Below, in pieces: positions 1-11,769 of a stretch of 64,000 bases of DNA; the first letter of the stretch is position 1, and each line of letters opens with the position of its first letter. The stretch lies in NCBI RefSeq assembly GCF_006345805.1, contig NC_043008.1, positions 57,226,001 through 57,290,000 of the forward strand, given 5' to 3'. Source of the DNA: Octopus sinensis (lineage: Eukaryota). The notes under the pieces are model-generated. The model worked only from the letters and a program-made list of their open reading frames with translations. It was not told the origin of the DNA and ran no database searches. The translations under genes were made by a program, and so were the position numbers.

Positions 1-110
1 CAACTGAATCTCACAAACCCCAGAAAAATGTTATCTCAACAGAGACTATACAAAGACAAGATTCACTTAACGCTTGCCGAAACTTCAACGTCACTGTCAG
101 TATTCATACT

Positions 111-527
111 TACTCTTTTACTCTCTCTTTACTCTTTTACTTGTTTCAGTCATTTGACTGCGGCCATGCTGGAGCACCGCCTTTAGTCGAGCAAATCGAC
201 CCCGAGACTTATTCTTTGTAAGCCCAGTACTTATTCTATCAGTCCCTTTTGCCGAACCGCTAAGTGACGGGGACGTAAACACACCAGCATCGGTTGTCAA
301 GCAATGCTAGGGGGACAAACACAGACACAAACACACACATACATATACATATATATACATATATACGACAGGCTTCTTTCAGTTTCCGTCTACCAAATCC
401 ACTCACAAGGCATTGGTCGGCCCGGGGCTATAGCAGAAGACACTTGCCCAAGATGCCACGCAGTGGGACTGAACCCGGAACCATGTGGTTGGTTAGCAAG
501 CTACTTACCACACAGCCACTCCTGCGC
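111..527 (-). mobile_element. tRNA-derived SINE, family A (near full length)
   Basis: Reverse complement starts GCGCAGGAGTGGCTGTGTGGTAAG..GGTTCAGTCCC (A/B-box-like head), has CCTTGGGCAAGTGTCTTC (CORE-like), a central (TA/TG)n tract and a (TAAAAGAG)n tail. Many copies in the window. Confidence 0.9.
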
Positions 528-824
528 GATATATATATATGAAACAATTGTACTACTCTACCTCGGATATACTTGTTGCTTATTTTGATTATATATATAT
601 ACCAAAAATTTAGAAATAGCAACCAAAGACCGCCTATTCCTTTTTTCTACAGATATTACTCCACATAACTTGTTGCTTAACCCTAATCATATATATAAAC
701 TTTTTGTGAAAGTTCCAACCGATAATGATTCTCTTTCCATATCGAAACTACTACTTGGTAATAATTATTAATTTTAAAATTAATAATTATTTACCCTTAT
801 ATTAGTAATGATATATATATATAT

Positions 825-870
<46 letters not shown>

Positions 871-3800
871 TGTATGTATGTATGTATGTATGCATGCATT
901 CAGTATGTGTAAGAGAGCATGTGTATGTATGTATGTATATGTGTACATGCATGAGTGTGTATAGCAACATGTACAGAGACTGAACCTCCACAGCAGAATG
1001 ATACTGGAGAGGTCGCGTCCCTTGTTGATTTCAATACCGTTTAATTAATTCCATATTCAACAAAAAATAATCAATTCTTCTTAGAAGTAATTTCTAATTA
1101 ATCCAAATTTTTACCGATGACAAACAAAAGGAATTATGGATTGTTGTTCTTTTTTTTCTCCTCAATATGCGCTTTTACTTCAACTGTTTTTAATCCGCCA
1201 TAAATTGCATTTTTTTTGTTTTCTATCTGTGTCTCTATATTATTTGTGTTCTATATTCTATTGTATTTTATATTTGCCCAAATGTTAGCTACGTTTCTCT
1301 TGTGCTTAATTCCCAGTGGAATAAAATAACTTTTATTTTGACAATTTTATTTTGTTACAATTATTTCTGCTGAGTGGTTCCAGTTGAAGTCTCGCATAAC
1401 TCCCAAAAGATTTGACATCGTTACTGTTAATTCTTTATTTTCCTTCTGTTTTTTTTTCTTCTTTTTTTGCTATAAATTAAAATTAAACAGAGTAGGATGA
1501 AGAGCAAAACAATAATAATAATAATGATGGAAACAATTTCGCTGCTAAATCGGATTCAGTGAAATATAATAATGTCGAGAGCAGCATGAATAAAAAATGC
1601 TTCAATATTTAATACAACAATAATTATATTCGTGTATTCATTTGCCATAGGGGCGATCAATGAGAGGACATTACTTGTCCAAAATAGTAAAACAGTGGGC
1701 GCTGTACCTAGAATCGATTACGAAAAATCAGGCATGGAACACAATTGTTTTTACTTTTTTAAGAATAGCCCCATGGTAAACATTTTGGGAGGAAGGCAAG
1801 AGTTGATTTAATCGAAGTCAGTTTTTGATGCAAACTATTTTGTCCACTCTGGAGATAATGAAAGACAAATTCTACCCCATGTAGCACTTATTATAACATA
1901 TAAGGATGTCACCGATTACCACAAGGTATTGTTTTCCTCGATTCATCGTGATTCTACAATCTACAGGACGTATAATAATTCTTTGTAATTTCGGAGCAAA
2001 GCCAGCAATTTTGAGATCGGTGGCAAGTCCATTAAATCAACCCCAATATTTGACGGGTACTTATTCTATCGACCCTGAGGGATAAACAGTAAAATTGACC
2101 TTGGTGGGATTTGACAAATAATAATAGTAATACTTTTTACTATAAACACAAGTCCTGAAATATTGATGGAGGAAAATAGACGATTACATTAATCCCAGTG
2201 CTTGACTGGTACCTAGTTTACTGAACCCGACAGGATGAATGGCAAAGTCGACCTCGGCGGAATTTGAACTCAGAACACGGATGTTTACCTTTTGACCGGC
2301 AGATTTAGAAAATAATTTTTTGTAACTAAATACATCAAACTTCGTATACTGGTAGAATGTGTCATATAAAATATCTTTTACTCTTAGCGTTTTTGAGAAA
2401 AGTTTATATTTACGAAGTTATTTCGTTTTAAAGTTCTCGTATTTCGGTAATTTCAACCAATCAATGACGTGTATTCAGCTAAATAAAATTACTGCTATTG
2501 TTTGTCAACAACAACTTCCGGCGGTGTATATTCCAATCCAGTATAGCCTTGTGGCGTTCAAGGTCCAGCAAAACTTTTGTCTACATGCATAACTCCCTCG
2601 ACCACATGCTGTTTGCACTCATCCCCACCTTCAAGTCTTGGCTCAATGTTAGTTGTAATTTTCCTGCCCGAGAGTAGCACGGCACCACTGCCTACATTCT
2701 TACCTCATTTTTCGTTTTAAATATCAGGCACGTGCTATTTTATTCTCCACCCAAGTCCAAGAGACACACTCTAGCAATCATAGGCGAAATTTTCTTCTAA
2801 AGGCATATGGAAACTCTCAACGAGGGGGTAATAAAAAGGAGAAAATTTGAACTGGGGTGGAAAGACAGACTAAAGGTTGAGCATGGAGTACTTATGCTAT
2901 ATATAGTGATGTTTTGCGTTAGAGAGGTAAGTACACTTGTAACAAAGTTTACCATAGTCAACTGGACAAAATTGAATACATATAGCAGTGTGGAAAACTT
3001 TTGAGAGAAAGAATGTTAATTCATAAAGGCACTATAAGTCTATACGCGTGTAGAATTTATATATGTGAAATTTGTCTCAATTGGGAAATGCATTTATTTA
3101 CTTACATGATATGCAGGTAAATAAATGAGAAACTTAATGGTATAAAAAATAATTAACTGTTATAGTATGACATAGAATTCCTATTCGGAAAAGGTAAATT
3201 TGTTGTATATGTGTGTTATACATTTTTGAAATCAATATTTTTATCATTAGAACAGTTATGAATGAAGTTCGCGGGAATCTTGAATGCAAAAAGATTTGCA
3301 GAGAAGAGTTAATTTTTACCATTATATTCCAGTATGGAAAAAATGCTTGTAAAACTTCTTGGCGTATAAGTATTAGCTACTATAGCATATATAATTATTT
3401 AATTGGTATGGCGAGAAAATTGCGTTAATTGTTATTTCTTCTGATGGGAACATGAAGTGAACAACTCTAACCTTCAGTTCGATAAATCAAAAGTATATTA
3501 TATTTTTCGGATATACATAGTAGATAATTCATTCTGGCAATACGTGAGAGATCTGAATCATTGACTGTCCAGTTGATATTAATCCTATAAATATTTCATT
3601 ATTATATTCCAAATATAAATAAATATGGCAGTTTTATTTCTTTCTTGTCCATGTCTAAACAATTGGTGTGATGAATATACCTCAATAGAAAGATATTTTC
3701 GCTGAGACCGAGGTCGACTTGGCCTTTTATCCTTTCAGAACCGATAAAATAAAAAACATCATTTAAGCACAGGGATTGATGTAATCAACTTGCTCATCTT

Positions 3801-3880
3801 CCCCTAAAATTTCAGGCCTAGTGCCTATAGTAAAAATGATTGTTATTCCTATTATTATTATTATTATTATTGATTGATTG

Positions 3881-4430
3881 ATTGAGAGAACAGTGCATGC
3901 TATCAAAGTGACACTGGGGTAAAATATACGAAGCCCAGTATACCCATCATGACTACCCATCTGATAAGGGTACACTAGGCACATGCATCACAACCATATG
4001 TGCGCGACATGGTGATCTCATATCAAGGTAAACAGCACATGACAGGTGGGGCCCAGTTAAAGTTTTCTTCTGGTCGAATAACCCATCCCTCTCAAAAGGT
4101 CCTTGAATAAGGGTTGTTTAAGGATGTTGAACGAAGCACCCATGTTTCCAAAGGTGAATTATCCAAACCTCTAAGAATTCCTTTCAACACACGACTATGA
4201 TGCTCCCCCACTACTTCTGCTCGTGATCAGAGATGCACATATCGTCAGCCACTAAGGGACATCATCAACTGTTTAAGGTCAAACAACTGACAAGCAAATC
4301 TGTGGTATTAAGAAGAATATTTGCTGTCGCCCATCTTTAATACCAAGACAAAACAATATATATGATAACACTTGCAATCAGTTAAGATCAGAAGCCACAA
4401 GAGCCACTGCCAGGTACTGCATCAGGGCAT
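3881..4430 (-). mobile_element. SINE-like repeat, family D
   Basis: Same ~540-bp sequence recurs at 29695-30228 and 50445-50772, and degenerate at ~19380-19600; flanked by (TAA)n. Confidence 0.8.
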
Positions 4431-4634
4431 TTATTATTATTATTATTATCATTATTACTATTAGTATTATTATTATTATTACTATTATTATTATTGTTGT
4501 TGTTGTTGTTGTTTTTATGTATTGTCTTTGCACAGCTTCTAGCGCTGGAGATGTAATACGTCACCAGCTGTTCACCACAGGTGAACAAAGGTAACACACC
4601 TAATTAATATTATTATTATTATTATTATTATTAT

Positions 4635-4685
<51 letters not shown>

Positions 4686-4710
4686 CACAACTACTACTAC
4701 TATTATTCAT
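4431..4710. repeat. Compound (TAT)n/(TGT)n/(TAC)n microsatellites
   Basis: Trinucleotide runs seen directly. Confidence 0.9.
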
Positions 4711-5193
4711 CTTGTAAAATAGTTGTCAATTCTATTGCACACCAGCACATTGAGAATCTGATTAAATTTAATTGACCTATTCTTATTAATGAACGTGCTG
4801 GAAACAATATGTATTTGTCACTTTGCTGATTAATTTATATCTTATTCCCGTTGTTACAGCGATGAGAGTAGACATGTGAGTTCTACTATACGATATCTCT
4901 CCCGGCTATAAAACTGAATATAATTTGTGACATTACTTATAACAGTGAAGTATATGAGATGAAATAAGATAATACTTCATTGTAATAGCTATCAACACCA
5001 CACCCACACACGGACACGCACACACGCAGAGGCACGTACACACAGAGGCACACACACACGTACACACACACACGGACACGGACACACAAGCGCACACTCA
5101 CGTAAAGTTAATTGGAGTAGTTATATTTGGAAATTTAAGATATAATTATAGCAACTATGTGTATGTGTGTGTATGTGTGTATGTGTGTGTGTG

Positions 5194-5405
5194 TACGAGG
5201 GTGAGCTGAAAAGTTTGTATGCTGACTGTGGAAGGAGCGATGCTATAGAGCTGTGAAGTCTTGCATACATTAACTTCAACTATTCCTATTGATAATTCCA
5301 TTGTTACTTTCCAAGTAAACTGACATCTGACTATTCAAGAAAGATTTCAAATGTAACTAACTAGAAGCGAAAAATGGACTAATTTTGCCATCGTAGTGTT
5401 AGGAA
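5194..5405 (+). mobile_element. Mariner 5' end fragment (TIR plus leader)
   Basis: TA+CGAGGGTGAGCTGAAAAGTT terminus; leader similar to the mariner at 44177; ends at ATGGAC..TTTTGCCATCGTAGTGTT, like that element's transposase start. Confidence 0.7.
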
Positions 5406-5563
5406 TTTCAACCGTGTTTCGTGGTCTACTACCACAACAGCTCCTTTATAGGATCCAGTTAGCTCAAGACATCATCAGGAGGAACCACGTCCGGTTTGGA
5501 CCCCTACTCCTCTACCGTTTTGACGTGGTTGTTATAATTTTTAAGCTCACCTATATTCTTTTG

Positions 5564-5796
5564 AAGGCGGCGAGCTGGCAGAAACGTTAGCACGCCGGGC
5601 GAAACGCGAAGCCGTATTTCGTCTGCCGTTACATTGTGAGTTCAAATTCCGCCGAGGTCGACTTTGCTTTTCATCCTTTCGGGGTCGATAAATTAAGTAC
5701 CAGTTACGCACTGGGGTCGATGGAATCGACTTAATCCCTTTGTCTGTCCCTGTTTGTCCCCTCTGTGTTTGGCCCCTTGTGGGTAGTAAAGAAATA
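5564..5796 (+). mobile_element. tRNA-derived SINE, family B
   Basis: AAGGCGGCGAGCTGGCAGAAACGTTAGC head, GAGTTCAAATTCC B box, GCTTTTCATCCTTTCGGGGTCGATAAA central block, tail CCCCTTGTGGGTAGTAAAGAAATA. Confidence 0.9.
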
Positions 5797-5804
5797 TATA
5801 TTCT

Positions 5805-6160
5805 TTTGACCAATTGGTCTCAATGTGGTCAACTTCGTTTATAGTCATTTTCTCTTTTGTTGTCCTATTCCAGACCGTTTTGACCACTTCATTATGCTTC
5901 ATGAGAAGCTAATATCTGGAAGCCATTCTTTCACAGTTGGCAATAATGTGGTTGATGTCTTCTCTCTTGGTCCTACACAGCCTACGTTTGTTGTCTGTCA
6001 ATGTTTTCTGTCTTTTATGTTATAGGTAATTAGTGAGGACCTTTTGTTCTCGGATTGCGTGGATGTAGACTTTAAAGTGGGTTGCCATAAACTTGACAGT
6101 TCTTCATACCAAGCTTTTGACATGATCAATCCCTTCTGTGGCTTGCGTATTACCTGTCAA
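5805..6160 (-). pseudogene. R4/Dong/NeSL-type (RLE) non-LTR retrotransposon fragment, zinc-knuckle region
   Basis: Minus strand reads RLCRTKREDINHIIANCERMASRY*LLMKHNEVVKTVWN, matching the C-terminal CxxC..HI...C...RHN.V pattern of RLE retrotransposons; contains stops. Confidence 0.7.
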
Positions 6161-6489
6161 GCACCCATGTACTACGTATGTATGTATTTATATATGTACG
6201 TATGTATGCATGTATGTACGTATATGTGACGTGAGTACATAAGTGCAGTAAAGAATGTTAAGAATGTTATATTATTCGAAATTTCCACGTTTCTGATTAT
6301 TAGATCTCAGCTTAAGATACAAAATACCCATTTTATATCCAATTCGATGATTGGACACGAAAACTGGAAATTACTAAATGTGAGGTACTATTCTTAAGAT
6401 CTGAAGACACTTTTAGTGACCAAACCTCAGAAAATCCTTCCTGCAAATGAAGTTAGCATTTAATAGCTTTTGTGTAATAATATTCTTTT

Positions 6490-6934
6490 CTATTAGGGAC
6501 ACAAGGCCTGAAATTTAGGGGAGAGGTATAGTCGATTATATCGACCCCAGAACTCAACTGGTACTTGTTTCATAAAACCCTAAATGATGAAAGGCAAAGT
6601 CGACCTCGGCAGATTTGAACTCAGAACGTAAAGACAGAGGAGATGCCGCTAAGCAGTTTGTCCGGCGTGCAAACGACATCTGAATAATAATAATAATAAA
6701 ATAATAATAATATAATAATAATAATAATAATAATAATCCTTTCTACTGGAAGCACAAGGCCTCAAATTTGGGGAAAGGTATTAAGTCGATTACATCGACC
6801 GCAGTGCGTAACTGGTACTTATTTAATCGACCCCGAAAGCATGAAAGTCAAATTTGAACTCAGAAGGTAGCGGCAGACGAAATGCTGCTAAGCATCTCAC
6901 CCTGTGTGCTAACGGCTCTACTAGCTCGCCGCCT
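6490..6934 (-). mobile_element. Two adjacent family B SINE copies
   Basis: GTCGACCTCGGC..TTTGAACTCAGAAC-type blocks at ~6600-6630 and ~6850-6865; head ends CTAGCTCGCCGCCT at 6934. Confidence 0.8.
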
Positions 6935-7057
6935 GAAGAAGAAGAAGAAGAAGAAGAAGAAGAAGAAGAAGAAGAAGAAGAAGAAGAAGAAGAAGAAGAA
7001 GAAGAAGAAGAAGAAGAAGAAGAAGAAGAAGAAGAAGAAGAAGAAGAAGAAGAAGAA
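6935..7057. repeat. Perfect (GAA)41 microsatellite
   Basis: 123 bp of uninterrupted GAA; source of the poly-E/K/S/F ORFs. Confidence 0.97.
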
Positions 7058-7995
7058 CGCAAAAGATAGTAACTTTCTTAAATATATGAAACCAGCATTT
7101 GGTCTCACGATAGTTTTATTTTTGCAAATAACGTGAATTGCATTGAAGTCTTCGAAGAAAAAAAATAGTTTCACATATTCCATTTCCACTTCTCGATAAT
7201 CTTAAAAAAAAAACTACGGAGTCGACACAACAAAATTGTTTTCTCTGCTTTATATGTAAAAGAAAAAAACTTCGTGAATTATTTTTCTTCTAGATTTGTG
7301 AATTATTTTTGTGAATTACTTTTGTGAATTATTTTTCTTCGTTGCGAGAATCAATACCAAACGTTTCCTTGAAACGAACCAAAATGCTTGTTTATTCCAA
7401 TTAAATCATTTTCAAATTATTTACGTAAGTTAGCCAAAGCTGAGATGTATCTGCTTCTTCAATGCTTCCGTGATTAACAGAAAACTCTTACAGTATTGAT
7501 ATAATATTATGCCATTCTGAATGGTGATTGCTTGCAATGAAAAACCCATTGTCACGTTAATAACGATATTTTTGTTGCTGTTAATATTGTAGTTGTCACT
7601 CTTGTACTTCGTTCTTCTACTGTTATTACTCTTACTCTCGGCGTTATCTTCCTTGTTCTTGCTGTCGTCGGTGCTGGAGAGGTATTACCTCCCTTGTTTT
7701 TGCTTCTATTGCTAATATTAATTCAACTATTATTGTTGTTACCGTTGGCGATGATAATATTTTCGTTGATGTTATTGCTTCGCCTCCTGTTGTTACTAAT
7801 AGTGTTTTTCTTTTCATTTCTTTTGCATTTACAACAGGCCTGCTTTTTGTTATTAGATTTCGCTGTGTCGTGGGTGATGAATATATTGAAGAACACGATA
7901 AATCATTAAAACCGTGCAATTACAACCGCAGAAGTTACCTATCCGTTTCTGGTCCTAGTGTAATGTGAATTCACTAATGATAGATATATGTATAT

Positions 7996-8144
7996 AGGTG
8001 CAGGCGTGGTTTCGTGGAATGAAGTTTGCTTCACAACCACATCGTACCGGGTTCAGTCCCTCAGCATGGTGCCGTGGGCAAGTGTCTTCTACTATAGCCT
8101 CGGGCCGACCAAAGCCTTGTAGACGGAAACTGAAAGCAGCCAAT

Positions 8145-8150
<6 letters not shown>
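7996..8150 (+). mobile_element. Family A SINE, 5' half
   Basis: GGTGCAGGCGTGG head and GGGCAAGTGTCTTCTACTATAGCCTCGGGCCGACC core. Confidence 0.8.
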
Positions 8151-8177
<27 letters not shown>

Positions 8178-8178
<1 letters not shown>

Positions 8179-8472
8179 ATTCATAAATGAGGGCAAAGGA
8201 AAAAAATTCTAATGCCAAATATGCCGGAAAATTGGACATATTGTCCATTAGCCATAAAATTTTTTCACAATACGCACGCTACTCGAAAAAAGGTCGATAG
8301 AAATTTCTAAAAAATTCCATTATTACCATATCGGACCGATTTCAGAGTTAGCTACTAAGACCTTTTTTCGAGTAGCGTGCGTATTGTGAAAAAATTATAT
8401 GGTTAATGGACAATATGTCCAATTTTTCGGCATATTTGGCATTAGAATTTCCTTTGACCTGATTTATGAATT
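8178..8472. repeat. Foldback (arms 8178-8295 and 8359-8472) at the left end of the tandem array
   Basis: ~115-bp arms are reverse complements with a few mismatches, around a ~63-bp spacer; abuts (TA)n. Confidence 0.92.
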
Positions 8473-9039
8473 GTTTATAAATTTAACCGTTAAAGGTATT
8501 TTTTAATATGCTGGCCATTGATAAAATTTTTTTGGAGAAAATATTTTTTTCGAAAAGAATTTTAAGAATCTGAGGGCCTATGGAAGATTGGCTTGATTTA
8601 ATTTATCAGGTTAGTTTACCATTAAACACGCAGATGAAACGGTGCATCGTACAGAAATTACGGGTAATGTTTTTTAAATTTTCTCCTGTTTACGGAATTA
8701 ATCTTTTTTGCGGTTGAAGCTTTGGCTGTTATTTCTAGTGGGTGAATGGCCTATCATGGCCGTTCCTTGATTGTTGATGTTGAACTTAAAAATGGTCTAT
8801 GACTATTTATTTTTTCCCACTAGGCGCTGGTGGCAAAAAGAATTCTAACAAAATTTTTTCTGCCACCCTATATTGATTAATTATGAATTTTCTGGTTAAT
8901 TCCGTAATGGAATCGACGGCTTATATTTATTTGCTGCCGATAAATTTGGCGCGGAGTGCGACGATTTGAAAATTTTAGGTCAGATATTACCTTGGCAGGG
9001 TTTGAAATGCCTCGTGAAAATATCTGTTCCGACTTGGCT

Positions 9040-9144
9040 ATTTCTTGCTGAAGAATCTGAGGGCCTATGAAGATTGGCTTGATTAATTTAATCAGGTTAG
9101 TTTACCATTAAACAGCAGTATGAAACGTGCATCGTACAAGAAAT
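9040..9144 (+). ncRNA. Type I hammerhead ribozyme, array copy 1 (two indels in stems II/III)
   Basis: ATTTCTTG-CTGAAGA-ATCTG..CAGTAT-GAAAC-GTGCATC-GTA-CAAGAAAT. Confidence 0.65.
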
Positions 9145-9531
9145 TACAGGGTAATGTTTTTTAAATTTTCTCCTGTTTACGGAATTAATCTTTATTTGCG
9201 GTTGAAGCTTTGGCTGTTATTTCTAGTGGTGAATGGCCTATCATGGCCGTTCCTTGATTGTTGATGTTGAACTTAAAAATGGTCTATGACATTTAATTTT
9301 TTCCCATTTTTGAATGGGCAGGCCGCTGGTGGCAAAAAGAATTCTACAAAATTTTTTCTGCCACCCTATATTTATTAATTATGAATTCTGGTTAATTCCG
9401 TATGGAATCGACGGCTTATATTTATTTGCTGCCGATAAATTTGGCGCGAGTGCGACTTTTGAAAATTTTAGGTCAGATATTACCTTGGCAGGTTTGAAAT
9501 GCCTCGTGAAAATACTCGTTCCGACTTGGCT

Positions 9532-9639
9532 ATTTCTTGCTGAAGAATCTGAGGGCCTATGGAAGATTGGCTTGGATTTTAATTTAATCAGGTTAGTTTA
9601 CCATTAAAAGCAGATGAAACGGTGCATCGTACAAGAAAT
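9532..9639 (+). ncRNA. Type I hammerhead ribozyme, array copy 2
   Basis: Intact core CTGAAGA/GAAA/GTA; stems ATTTCTTG:CAAGAAAT, ATCTG:CAGAT, ACGG:TCGT; predicted cleavage after 9631. Confidence 0.85.
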
Positions 9640-10017
9640 TACAGGGTAAATGTTTTTTAAATTCTCCTGTTTACGGAATTAATCTTTATTTGCGGTTGAA
9701 GCTTTGGCTGTTATTTCTAGTGGGTGAATGGCCTATCATGGCCGTTCCTTGATTGTTGATGTTGACTTAAAATGGTCTATGACTATTTAATTTTTTCCCA
9801 CTAGGCCGCTGGTGGCAAAAAGAATTCTACAAAATTTTTTCTGCCACCCTATATGATTAATTATGAATTTTCTGGTTAATTCCGTAATGGAATCGACGGC
9901 TATATTTATTTGCTGCCGATAAATTTGGCGCGAGTGCGACGATTTGAAAATTTTAGGTCAGATATTACCTGGCAGGGTTTGGAAATGCCTCGTGAAAATA
10001 TCTGTTCCGACTTGGCT

Positions 10018-10122
10018 ATTTCTTGCTGAAGATCTGAGGGCCTGGGAAGATTGGCTTGATTTAATTTAATCAGGTTAGTTTACCATTAAACAGCAGATGA
10101 AACGGTGCATCGTACAAGAAAT
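10018..10122 (+). ncRNA. Type I hammerhead ribozyme, array copy 3 (one A missing at the base of stem II)
   Basis: CTGAAGATCTG instead of CTGAAGAATCTG, otherwise intact; predicted cleavage after 10114. Confidence 0.7.
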
Positions 10123-10506
10123 TACAGGGTAAATGATTTTTAAATTTTCTCCTGTTTACGGAATTAATCTTTATTTTGCGGTGAAGCTTTGGCTGTTATT
10201 TCTAGTGGGTGAATGGCCTATCATGGCCGTTCCTTGATTGTTGATGTTGAACTTAAAAATGGTCTATGACTATTTAATTTTTTCCCACTAGGCCGCTGGT
10301 GGCAAAAAGAATTCTACAAAATTTTTTCTGCCACCCTATATTGATTAATTATGAATTTTCTGGTTAATTCCGTAATGGAATCGACGGCTTATATTTATTT
10401 GCTGCCGATAAATTTGGCGCGAGTGCGACGATTTGAAAATTTTAGGTCAGATATTACCTTGGCAGGGTTTGAAATGCCTCGTGAAAATATCTGTTCCGAC
10501 TTGGCT

Positions 10507-10611
10507 ATTTCTTGCTGAAGAATCTGAGGGCCTATGGAAGATTGGCTTGATTTAATTAATCAGTTAGTTTACCATTAAACAGCAGATGAAACGGTGCATC
10601 GTACAAGAAAT
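10507..10611 (+). ncRNA. Type I hammerhead ribozyme, array copy 4
   Basis: Intact core and three stems; predicted cleavage after 10603. Confidence 0.85.
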
Positions 10612-10992
10612 TACAGGGTAAATGTTTTTTAATTTTCTCCTGTTTACGGAATTAATCTTTATTTGCGGTTGAAGCTTTGGCTGTTATTTCTAGTGGGTGA
10701 ATGGCCTATCATGGCCGTTCTTTGATTGTTGATGTTGACTTAAAAATGGTCTATGACTATTTAATTTTTTCCCACTAGGCCGCTGGTGGCAAAAAGAATT
10801 CTACAAAATTTTTTCTGCCACCCTATATTGATTAATTATGAATTTTCTGGTTAATTCCGTAATGGAATCGACGGCTTATATTTATTTGCTGCCGATAATT
10901 TGGCGCGAGTGCGACGATTTGAAAATTTTAGGTCAGATATTACCTTGGCAGGGTTTGAAATGCCTCGTGAAAATATCTGTTCCGACTTGGCT

Positions 10993-11099
10993 ATTTCTTG
11001 CTGAAGAATCTGAGGGCCTATGGAAGATTGGCTTGATTTAATTTAATCAGGTTAGTTTACCATTAAACAGCAGATGAAACGGTGCATCGTACAAGAAAT
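10993..11099 (+). ncRNA. Type I hammerhead ribozyme, array copy 5
   Basis: Intact core and three stems; predicted cleavage after 11091. Confidence 0.85.
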
Positions 11100-11486
11100 T
11101 ACAGGGTAAATGTTTTTTAAATTTTCTCTGTTTTACGGATTAATCTTTATTTGCGGTTGAAGCTTTGGCTGTTATTTCTAGTGGGTGAATGGCCTATCAT
11201 GGCCGTTCCTTGATTGTTGATTATGTTGAACTTAAAAATGGTCTATGACTATTTAATTTTTTCCCACTAGGCCGCTGGTGGCAAAAAGAATTCTACAAAA
11301 TTTTTTTCTGCCACCCTATATTGATTAATTATGAATTTTCTGGTTAATTCCGTAATGGAATCGACGGCTTATATTTATTTGCTGCCGATAAATTTGGCGC
11401 GAGTGCGACGATTTGAAAATTTTAGGTCAGATATTACCTTGGCAGGGTTTGAAATGCCTCGTGAAAATATCTGTTCCGACTTGGCT

Positions 11487-11593
11487 ATTTCTTGCTGAAG
11501 AATCTGAGGGCCTATGGAAGATTGGCTTGATTTAATTTAATCAGGTTAGTTTACCATTAAACAGCAGATGAAACGGTGCATCGTACAAGAAAT
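11487..11593 (+). ncRNA. Type I hammerhead ribozyme, array copy 6
   Basis: Stem I ATTTCTTG(11487-94):CAAGAAAT(11586-93); CTGAAGA 11495-501; stem II ATCTG(11502-06):CAGAT(11565-69); GAAA 11570-73; stem III ACGG:TCGT with TGCA loop; GTA cleavage after 11585. Confidence 0.88.
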
Positions 11594-11714
11594 TACAGGG
11601 TAAATGTTTTTTAAATTTTCTCCTGTTTACGGAATTAATCTTTATTTGCGGTTGAAGCTTTGGCTGTTATTTCTAGTGGGTGAATGGCCTATCATGGCCG
11701 TTCCTTGATTGTTG

Positions 11715-11748
<34 letters not shown>

Positions 11749-11769
11749 GTATGTATATATATAAATATA

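Larger units (their letters stand above)
8564..11715 (+). repeat. Tandem array of ~490-bp non-coding units (~6.4 copies), retrozyme-like
   Basis: GAATCTGAGGGCC-type anchor at 8566, 9053, 9545, ~10031, 10520, 11006 and 11500 (spacing 486-494 bp); no long ORF; one hammerhead per unit. Confidence 0.96.

Noticed and set aside
6823-7189. Poly-Glu/Lys/Ser/Phe ORFs
   Set aside because: Artefacts of (GAA)41.
9314-11041. Short ORFs within the 490-bp array
   Set aside because: Not conserved between copies, they depend on indels and have no recognisable domain; the unit is better explained as structured RNA.
8564-11715. CRISPR-like or centromeric satellite interpretation of the array
   Set aside because: There are no unique spacers and the context is eukaryotic; the array is short, has PLE-like ends and carries a ribozyme in each unit.
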